Shown here: positions 39,979-47,640 of the stretch, piece after piece
Layout of the letters: every line of letters begins with the position of its first letter
Position numbering within the stretch: position 1 is the stretch's first letter
Assembly: GCA_048940765.1 (NCBI GenBank)
Contig: JBHLOG010000003.1
Location: 456 to 64,455 of the forward strand
DNA length: 64,000 nt
Direction of reading: 5' to 3'
From: Promethearchaeota archaeon
GTDB taxonomy: Archaea; Asgardarchaeota; Lokiarchaeia; Sigyniarchaeales; SOKP01
The notes under the pieces: generated by a model
Told to the model about the DNA's origin: nothing
Seen by the model: the letters and a program-made list of their open reading frames with translations, nothing else
The model's database searches: none
Position numbers and translations under genes: made by a program

Positions 39979-40245
39979 TTAGGCAGAAATATTTATTTCC
40001 CTACTAAATATTATATTTCTAGCTTTTTCAAAAGCTTCATTATAATCAAAAATTCTTTTTTCCTTTGTAATCACAACTTCTCTTAAAATTAAAGCTTCAA
40101 CTTCTGATTTAAGTCTATCAACGGTTAATGCTCCTGTTCGATTTATAGTTCGATAAATTTCTTTATTATTATCTTTAGGTTTTAATCCCTCAATTCAATA
40201 AGGAGTAATTAAATTTATGTCCATGACAATTTTATTTTTTAATTT
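39979..40245 (-). pseudogene. Remnant of the 3' end of an Mtd-family gene
   Basis: Reads KIVMDINLITPY*IEGLKPKDNNKEIY...GALTVDRLKSEVEALILRE...IFDYNEAF, colinear with the C-terminus of 62483-63469; TGA at 40195-40197 replaces Gly. Confidence 0.8.
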
Positions 40246-40323
40246 GTATATAGAACATAAATAACAAAATAATTTCTCACCAAAGAATTTTCCTATTTTC
40301 GTATTTATAATATTAATTTCAAT

Positions 40324-40410
40324 CGAACATTATTCGGTAATACATAAATTTAAAAATACAACATACGGTAATAACCATCTTTACCGAACTATCTTCGATA
40401 GATTTAAATA
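40324..40410 (+). promoter_or_regulatory. Three phased CGAA-N5-TTCG-type sites plus TATA box
   Basis: Sites start at 40324, 40355 (degenerate) and 40385; TTTAAATA at 40403-40410. Confidence 0.6.
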
Positions 40411-40540
40411 ATACTGATCATATATATCATATTAGAGAAACTATATTATTGCTAAATAATAAAAAAAAACAAAAATGAAATTTATTCAGATTGAATTAAT
40501 ATAAATTTATAAATTAAAAAATGCAATTAATAGAAACGAG

Positions 40541-41134
40541 TTGATTAATATAGTAACCTGTCCCAAATGTGGAGAAGAATACTCATTAGGTAGAAGAATT
40601 TATCATGAATGTGAAGGCTTTTCAATTGAGCATGGTGTAATTTTTAATGATGATCGACAAAATCGTCCTTGGAATTGCGTTTCTATAGATGAAACAGACA
40701 AAAAAATTTTGAATATATTACAAAAAAATGATAAGGTTTCATATCGGGAATTAGCAGATAAACTACAATTAGCAGCTAGCACAATTCATAATAGAGTAAA
40801 AAAGATGATTGAAGAGGAAATAATTAAAGAATTTGCAGCTATTGTAGATCCTGTGAAAATTGGATATAATACAATTGCACTAATAGGCCTATCAGTTGAT
40901 CCACTAAAAATGAAAGATATTGCAAGTAAGATTGCTTCCTTTGAAGAGACTCAACTTGTTGCAGTTTCATCCGGAGACCATGATATTATTGCCCAAATCA
41001 TTGCTAAGGATGAAAAATCACTTTGGAATTTCATTAATATCAAAATCAAGACAATAAATGGAATAAAGCCTCAAATTCATGTATCAAACTTTTTAGACAT
41101 ATACAAATCTACAAGTTCAATAAAAATTGCTTAG
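40541..41134 (+). CDS. Lrp/AsnC transcriptional regulator with N-terminal CPKC zinc-ribbon-like extension
   Basis: IDETDKKILNILQ...SYRELA...STIHNRVKKM, SGDHD RAM domain. Confidence 0.88.
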   Translation: MINIVTCPKCGEEYSLGRRIYHECEGFSIEHGVIFNDDRQNRPWNCVSIDETDKKILNILQKNDKVSYRELADKLQLAASTIHNRVKKMIEEEIIKEFAAIVDPVKIGYNTIALIGLSVDPLKMKDIASKIASFEETQLVAVSSGDHDIIAQIIAKDEKSLWNFINIKIKTINGIKPQIHVSNFLDIYKSTSSIKIA

Positions 41135-41184
41135 TAGTATTAAAACTAAACAATTTTCAATAATTCTTTTACTTTATTTCCTAT

Positions 41185-41640
41185 TTATTCATCTTCAAAA
41201 TGTTTTACCGTAATAAACCAAAAATTCACTATTGAATTAACAATTTTATAAAATTGCTTCATTTCTAAAGGTTTAATTATATAACAATTAGCATGGAGAT
41301 TATAAGCTCTAATTAAATCATCTCGAGCATCAGACACAGTTAAAATGACTACTGGAATTCGTTTTAATTCTTCATCTTTCTTAATTTCTTCCAATACCTG
41401 AAAACCATTTCTTTTCGGCAAGTTTAAGTCCAAGAGGATCAAGTTTGGTCTATTGACATTGGAATATTTCCCTCGCTTTTTTAAAAATTCAATGATTTCA
41501 ATACCATCTCTTACTACGTCTAAACTTTGTACAATCTTGCTCTCTTGGAGAACTTCCTGAATTAAACGAATATCTGCGGCATTATCTTCTACCAGTAAAA
41601 TTCTTGCTTTTACTCTTTTATTTCCAACCATAATTTTCAA
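41185..41640 (-). CDS. Stand-alone response regulator (Rcp1-like REC)
   Basis: ILLVEDN, ILLDLNLP, VVILT, ANCYIIKP. Confidence 0.92.
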   Translation of the reverse strand: MKIMVGNKRVKARILLVEDNAADIRLIQEVLQESKIVQSLDVVRDGIEIIEFLKKRGKYSNVNRPNLILLDLNLPKRNGFQVLEEIKKDEELKRIPVVILTVSDARDDLIRAYNLHANCYIIKPLEMKQFYKIVNSIVNFWFITVKHFEDE

Positions 41641-41643
41641 TAA

Positions 41644-42702
41644 TTAATCTCTATTTTTTTCGGCAATAATTGTAAAATAAAAAGTTGATCCTTTTCCAAA
41701 TACTGAATCTACCCAGATTTTTCCACCATACCTTTGGACTATTTTTTTACATATTGGTAATCCTATCCCTGTACCTGGATATTCTTCTTTAGTGTGCAAT
41801 CTATAAAAAATATTAAAAAGTTTATCAAAAAATTTTGATTCAATTCCTATACCATTATCTTCAAATGAGAATAACCATTCATTATTGACCTTCTTTACTC
41901 CAATATGTATTTTAGGTGGTTCTTGCCTTCGGAATTTTATAGCATTACTAATTAAATTTTGAAATAATTGGATAAATTGAGTTTTGTCAACTTTTAGTAT
42001 TGGCATTTTGTCATGAGTTATAATTGCACCGCTTTCTTTAATTGATTCGTGGAGATTAAATAACGCTTCATTTAAAATCTTCTCAAGGTTTAATAATCTT
42101 GAAGGTTGGGCGTGTGTAGTTATTCTTGAATAGGATAATAGATCTTTGATAAGAGTATTCATTTTTTTTGCCCCATCTGTAATAAAGTGAATGAATTCTT
42201 TCCCATCCTTATCTAATTTATCTTGATATCTATCTTCTAGAAGTTGAGAAAAGCTTACAATTGCTCTTAAAGGTTCTTGTAAGTCATGTGAAGCTACATA
42301 CGCAAATTGTTGTAAATCCTCATTTGAACGCTTTAAATCTTCCATTATTTCATTGAATTCAATTTCTCTTTTTGAGACATGTTCAGAGAGGAATGAAACA
42401 ATTATACCCACTATTATTAAGGAGAATGCTCTTAAAAAGTTATTAATTAACTCTAAATTAAAGATACCATTTTCAGGAATGATATTAAAAATAATTAAAA
42501 TTACTGCTAAAAAGACAGATATAAATAAACCTTTTTTTTTCCACCATAAACAAGCTAGTATTGAAGGAAAATAAAAAAAGTGTGCTACCAATATAGATAT
42601 TCTGAGGATAATCTCGAAATAATATATTAAAAATAAGGAGATTATCAACAAAATTAAGATAATTAGCATTCTTATTTTTTCATCCTTAAATTTCAAGTTC
42701 AT
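41644..42702 (-). CDS. Membrane-bound sensor histidine kinase
   Basis: About four N-terminal TM segments; ASHDLQEPLR H-box, NLISNAIK, DNGIG, GTGIGL. Confidence 0.93.
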   Translation of the reverse strand: MNLKFKDEKIRMLIILILLIISLFLIYYFEIILRISILVAHFFYFPSILACLWWKKKGLFISVFLAVILIIFNIIPENGIFNLELINNFLRAFSLIIVGIIVSFLSEHVSKREIEFNEIMEDLKRSNEDLQQFAYVASHDLQEPLRAIVSFSQLLEDRYQDKLDKDGKEFIHFITDGAKKMNTLIKDLLSYSRITTHAQPSRLLNLEKILNEALFNLHESIKESGAIITHDKMPILKVDKTQFIQLFQNLISNAIKFRRQEPPKIHIGVKKVNNEWLFSFEDNGIGIESKFFDKLFNIFYRLHTKEEYPGTGIGLPICKKIVQRYGGKIWVDSVFGKGSTFYFTIIAEKNRD

Positions 42703-43059
42703 TTCAAATAGACCTCATATTATATTAGACAACTTTTATTTGGAATTTTTAAAAAGCAATAGGAGAATATCTTAGGATAAATTCTTTTTTAATAAGAATA
42801 TTATCCAATATTAGATAAATTTTACCGAACAAAAATATGATTATTTTTATTTGATAAAATGGAGATTTCAATTCATAATATTTAAAATATATGTAATTTG
42901 CTTTTTTCCCTTAAAAATTTGACAAAAAATTTTATCTATTTGAGCAATTAATAAAATAATTATAAATATTACAATGAATATTATTCAGATTAAGTATAAA
43001 GAATTGAAAAAAGGATTTATTTGAATGTAATTATAAAAATTATTTTATGGTGAATTGAT

Positions 43060-43953
43060 ATAGAAAAAAAAAGCCTTGATATCCTATTGATTGAAGATAA
43101 TAAAGCTGATGTTCGTCTTATTGAAGAATTATTAAGAACTTCTGAAGATTTCAAATTTAAATTAGAATCAAATCCTAGACTTTTTGAAAGTCTTAATCGT
43201 CTTGTAGCTAAAAAGTTTGATATTATCTTATTAGATTTAACTCTACCTGATAGTGATAGAGAATCTACTTTAGAAAGAGTTTTAAATTTTACCAGCACAA
43301 TTCCTATAATCATTCTAACTGGATTAGATGATAAGGATTTCGCTTTAAAATCTCTTCAGAAGGGTGCTCAGGATTATATTGTAAAGGATGATCTCAATGG
43401 ACCTAGTCTAATACGAGCAATTTTATATGCCATTGAACGACAAAAAATTGAAACTGAAAGAATAGTAGATAGACTCCCCAAGATACCATTTGATGAAAAA
43501 GATAAAGAAATTCTTAACTTTCTGCAGGAAAATTATAAAATTTCTTATAAAGATTTGAGTAAACAAGTGAATTTAGCCGCTAGTACGATTCATAATAGAG
43601 TACAAAATATGATCAAAGAGGGGATTATAAAAAAATTTGATACTTTTGTAGATCCATTTAAAGTGGGATATCAATCTATGGCTATTCTTGGTCTTTCAAT
43701 AGATCCTTTGAACTTAGATAATATAGCAAGAAAACTCTCCAAATATGATGAAATACAATTAGTTGTATCTTCTACCGGTGATTATAATTTAATATTGAAA
43801 ATTATTGCTAAAGATGAAAAAAATCTTTGGAGATTTATTAATGAAGAAATTAAAACCTTAGATGGAATACAATTACCAGTGAATGTTTCAAGCTTTATAG
43901 ATATTTTTAAAATGACTAATAGAATAAAATTTAAAACTATAAAAGAAGAATAA
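43060..43953 (+). CDS. REC-Lrp/AsnC fusion response regulator; probable ATA start
   Basis: (M)EKKSLDILLIEDN, LLDLTLPD, LTG, YIVK followed by an Lrp HTH and RAM domain; GGTGA 6 nt before ATA 43060. Confidence 0.88.
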   Translation: MEKKSLDILLIEDNKADVRLIEELLRTSEDFKFKLESNPRLFESLNRLVAKKFDIILLDLTLPDSDRESTLERVLNFTSTIPIIILTGLDDKDFALKSLQKGAQDYIVKDDLNGPSLIRAILYAIERQKIETERIVDRLPKIPFDEKDKEILNFLQENYKISYKDLSKQVNLAASTIHNRVQNMIKEGIIKKFDTFVDPFKVGYQSMAILGLSIDPLNLDNIARKLSKYDEIQLVVSSTGDYNLILKIIAKDEKNLWRFINEEIKTLDGIQLPVNVSSFIDIFKMTNRIKFKTIKEE

Positions 43954-44015
43954 AATATTTGTTTTATAGTTAATTTAATAGTTATTTGAATAAATGAGAA
44001 GATATCTAGTTCAAT

Positions 44016-45365
44016 TCAAGGAAAAATACCTCTTAATTCAATTGCCTTTGCCAATCTTGAAATAGCAATCATATATGAGGCTATTCGTAGCGTAGTCTTC
44101 TGTTTAATTGATAGATCATAAACATCCTCGAATGTATTAACAAGAATATTCTTTAATTCTTGATTAATTCTTTCTAATTTCCAAAAATAACTATGAATAT
44201 CTTGAATATACTCAAAGTACGAGACACATACCCCTCCTGCGTTAGCAAGTATATCAGGAACTATAATTATCCCCCTTTCATTCAAAATATCATCTGCTTC
44301 TGGAGAAGTTGGTCCATTTGCACCTTCTAACACAATTTTACACTTTATTTTATAAGCATTTGATTGCGTTATTTGGTTTTCAATTGCAGCCGGAATTAGA
44401 ATATCACAATCAAGTGTAAGTATATCTTCATTGTTAACAAATTCATAATCCTTATTTTGGAAATTCTTTAAATATTTACCCTTATCTCTCCAATCTAATA
44501 AATTTTTAATATTTAATCCTTTTCCGCAATGCAATCCACCACTAATGTCTGATACAGCAATTATTTTACAGCCTTTCTCGTATAAAATTTTAGCTATATT
44601 CCCCCCAACATTACCAAATCCTTGTACAACAATACATTGGGATTTTAAGTCTATTTTTATTTTGTTACATAAAGCTTCGAGAACGTAAAATAATCCCATT
44701 CCAGTTGCAGTTTCTCTTCCAACTGATCCTCCTATTTCTAAGGGTTTGCCTGTTACTACTCCGGGAACAGCTCTTCCCTTATTCATAGAATAAGTATCCA
44801 TTATCCAAGCCATTATCTGAGGATCTGTGTTAATATCTGGAGCAGGAATATCCATATCCGGACCTATAATATTTATAATTTCTGCAGTGTATCTCCGAGT
44901 TAACCTTTCTAATTCCCCTTTCGATAGTTTAGTGGGATCAACACATATTCCTCCCTTTGCTCCTCCAAGGGGTAGATTTAATAAGCTACACTTCCAAGTC
45001 ATCCAAGTGGCCAAAGCTTTAACTTCATCAAGATTAACATTTGGAGCAAATCTAATGCCTCCCTTTCCGGGACCGCGAACAGTTGAATGTTGTACCCTAT
45101 AACCCTCGAATATCTCAAGATTTCCATCATCCATCTTTATTGGAATTGTTACAATTAAGCATCTTTCAACCCTTTTAAGATAATTTCTTATATTTTTATT
45201 TAATCTCATTTTTTCAGCAACTATATCGATTTGCTTTTTAGCCATTTCAAATGGGTTTGTTTCCGTTAACAAATTTTCCTCAAGTATTTCATAAATTTCA
45301 TTTTCTACAGCATTTTCTAAATCTCTTGGATAAGCAAATTTTACCTGTTCTTCTTTTTCTAACAT
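44016..45365 (-). CDS. gdhA: Glu/Leu/Phe/Val dehydrogenase, glutamate dehydrogenase type
   Basis: GPGKGGIR, GGAKGG, DIPAPD, VQGFGNVG, EGANGP, PDILANAGGV. Confidence 0.93.
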   Translation of the reverse strand: MLEKEEQVKFAYPRDLENAVENEIYEILEENLLTETNPFEMAKKQIDIVAEKMRLNKNIRNYLKRVERCLIVTIPIKMDDGNLEIFEGYRVQHSTVRGPGKGGIRFAPNVNLDEVKALATWMTWKCSLLNLPLGGAKGGICVDPTKLSKGELERLTRRYTAEIINIIGPDMDIPAPDINTDPQIMAWIMDTYSMNKGRAVPGVVTGKPLEIGGSVGRETATGMGLFYVLEALCNKIKIDLKSQCIVVQGFGNVGGNIAKILYEKGCKIIAVSDISGGLHCGKGLNIKNLLDWRDKGKYLKNFQNKDYEFVNNEDILTLDCDILIPAAIENQITQSNAYKIKCKIVLEGANGPTSPEADDILNERGIIIVPDILANAGGVCVSYFEYIQDIHSYFWKLERINQELKNILVNTFEDVYDLSIKQKTTLRIASYMIAISRLAKAIELRGIFP

Positions 45366-45446
45366 ACTCGAATAATATTCAGTTTTGATTTTTTTCTATT
45401 TAATTAATTAGATTATATCTCTTCATTTAATATATGTCGTATAATG

Positions 45447-45533
45447 TTTATAAATTTGTCGAAAGAAGTATTATCATAAAGCCATAATAACGAAACAAAT
45501 TCGGTAAAAGGTAATTCAAGCGAATTTCATTCA
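45447..45533 (-). promoter_or_regulatory. gdhA promoter: TATA box plus three phased CGAA-N5-TTC sites
   Basis: TTTATAAA 45447-45454; sites start at 45460 (half-site), 45491 and 45521. Confidence 0.6.
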
Positions 45534-45572
45534 ATAAAACATTTTGATTTAAAAAATGAATAAGAATTAATT

Positions 45573-46877
45573 TTAGTGTGTAGCACACGAAATACAAGGA
45601 TCAAAAGCTCTAATTATCATTTGAATATTTTTTTTAACCAAATTATAATCACCTGTTTTTTCAAATAGTTCTTGAGCATAATTTGTAATCATACGGTTAA
45701 TAATAGGAATATTGAACTCTGTAGCAACAAAAAGTTTAACTCGATCAATAACATTACTTTTATTAAGGTGGTAGTGATGGAGTAATATCCCCCTTGGTGC
45801 TTCAATAAGACCTATTCCGTCAGATCCTTTAATTGAATCTAAGGATGGAAGTTTTTCTTTAAGATTTAAACAAGGATCATCTAAAATTTGTATCCCTTGA
45901 TAAGATTCGATATACATTTCTATTAAACGTATAAAATTCGTTAATAGTATATTATTTTTCCATTTTTTTTCAAAGGATTCAAAAGAAGTACTAATTTGAT
46001 CAATTCCATAGTTCTCAACAATATTAAAACGAGAAAAGGGACCAACAATTACATTCCTTTTATTTTCGAAATAAAAATCAATTCCACGTAAATCAATTTC
46101 TTTACCAAAGTAAGAAGAATATTTTTGTTTTTCAAATTCAATTACGTTTTTATTATTTTCTTTAAGTCTTAAAGAACCTACATATCTATCATAATTTCCA
46201 TTATTAGTTAATCCTAAAGATATATAATTTGGTATTTCAAATTCTCTTGGAGGAATCTGATCAGCAAATAATTCAATTACTTTTTCTATTATCCATTCTA
46301 AATTAACCAGTGATTTTTGTAAATTTCTTTTAGCCAATGTAATGTTTTTTTGTGAAGGAGAATAGATAATACCTCCTGGAATTGGTGAAAGCAAATGAAC
46401 AGATCTACCACCAAATAATTCATTTATTTCATTTCCAATTTTGATTAATTCATATAAATTGGTTGTTAATTGAGGATTATATTTTACTAATTCGTAAGGA
46501 GATAACAAATTTTGACTAATATTAAAAATTTTCAAGAGATCTGGTAAATTTTGGAAGAAAAAATTCATTGAATGAGATTTTATTAATTCTCCTATCATTA
46601 AAAGGCGTCTTAAAAGAACACTTTGATTTGAAACCTTAATGTCATAAATATCTTCTATTGCTTTACAGCTTGCAATTGCTTGAGATGCGTAACAAAGTCC
46701 ACATATTCGCGAAACTATTTTCGGAATATCTAGTAATTGCTTTCCTATTAAAAAATTTTCAAATCCTCGATATACATCAAATTCAAAATTCACTAATGAA
46801 ATTTCATCATTTTGAACTAAGATTTTTACTTCTCCATGACCCTCAACACGTTGACAAATGTCAACAACTTTCAACAT
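45573..46877 (-). CDS. [NiFe]-hydrogenase large subunit (group 3-like), ending at the L2 His
   Basis: RVEGHG, RICGLC (L1), EAPRG, DPCISCATH-stop (L2). Confidence 0.88.
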   Translation of the reverse strand: MLKVVDICQRVEGHGEVKILVQNDEISLVNFEFDVYRGFENFLIGKQLLDIPKIVSRICGLCYASQAIASCKAIEDIYDIKVSNQSVLLRRLLMIGELIKSHSMNFFFQNLPDLLKIFNISQNLLSPYELVKYNPQLTTNLYELIKIGNEINELFGGRSVHLLSPIPGGIIYSPSQKNITLAKRNLQKSLVNLEWIIEKVIELFADQIPPREFEIPNYISLGLTNNGNYDRYVGSLRLKENNKNVIEFEKQKYSSYFGKEIDLRGIDFYFENKRNVIVGPFSRFNIVENYGIDQISTSFESFEKKWKNNILLTNFIRLIEMYIESYQGIQILDDPCLNLKEKLPSLDSIKGSDGIGLIEAPRGILLHHYHLNKSNVIDRVKLFVATEFNIPIINRMITNYAQELFEKTGDYNLVKKNIQMIIRAFDPCISCATH

Positions 46878-46881
46878 TTTT

Positions 46882-47640
46882 TTACCCTCTAAATTTTGGT
46901 TTTGAAAATCGATAAAAAATACCTGTATAACTTTTAAGCTCCTTTGATAATTTTATCAAACTCAAATAATTAATAAGATTTGAAGTAAAGTCTTTTGATA
47001 CTGAGCCCATACATCCTTCACAAGGAAGTCCTATTGTTATACATTTATGTTCACATCCATCTCTAGTAATTGGACCCAAACACAAAATACCCTTTTTTAA
47101 AAAGCATTTAGGAACCTCTTCATCTAAGCTAATCTCTTCTGGATTTGGATTAATTTTAGATATATTAACTTGGCTATTAATTCCAAAATCTTCTCGAATT
47201 GGGCAAGTTGCACACATATTTTTTTCAGATAACGTAATCTCTTTATTCTCAACCAATTTAATAATACAATTTCCAAGAAGCTTTGAAGGAGGAGGACACC
47301 CTGGAATAATTCCATCAATTTCAACATAATTGGAGATTGGTAATGCTTTTTTTGTATTTGAAAGACTTAAAATTCCACCAAAACTAGCACAGGTTCCTAG
47401 CGCATATACCTTTTTTGTAACTTTTCTTATATTCTGAAGAATTGGGATTTGTGTTTCTTCAGATATACACCCTTCTATCAGAGCAATATCACAATCGTCA
47501 ATCTCATCTATATCTGAAATAAAGTTAAAATACGTTATCCTTGTTCTTTCTAAGAATTGGGGGAAAATATCTAAGGACATAAGAGTTGAGATACATCCAC
47601 TACATGAAGTTAAAGACATTATTATAAATCTACGCTTCAT
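46882..47640 (-). CDS. [NiFe]-hydrogenase small subunit (MvhG-like)
   Basis: SCSGC, EG, GTCASFGG, PGCPP, CATC, CF, CLGPIT..GC, PCEGC. Confidence 0.88.
   Translation of the reverse strand: MKRRFIIMSLTSCSGCISTLMSLDIFPQFLERTRITYFNFISDIDEIDDCDIALIEGCISEETQIPILQNIRKVTKKVYALGTCASFGGILSLSNTKKALPISNYVEIDGIIPGCPPPSKLLGNCIIKLVENKEITLSEKNMCATCPIREDFGINSQVNISKINPNPEEISLDEEVPKCFLKKGILCLGPITRDGCEHKCITIGLPCEGCMGSVSKDFTSNLINYLSLIKLSKELKSYTGIFYRFSKPKFRG

Noticed and set aside
40195-40197. In-frame TGA in the mtd-like fragment as a third selenocysteine
   Set aside because: It aligns with Gly, not Cys, in the intact paralogue; the 5' part of the gene is missing and no SECIS-like hairpin was seen downstream
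42975-42987. TGAATATTATTCA as a member of the 14-bp TGAAT-N4-ATTCA family
   Set aside because: One base shorter; it fits the 13-bp Lrp-type GAA-N5-TTC pattern better, and chance occurrence in AT-rich DNA cannot be excluded
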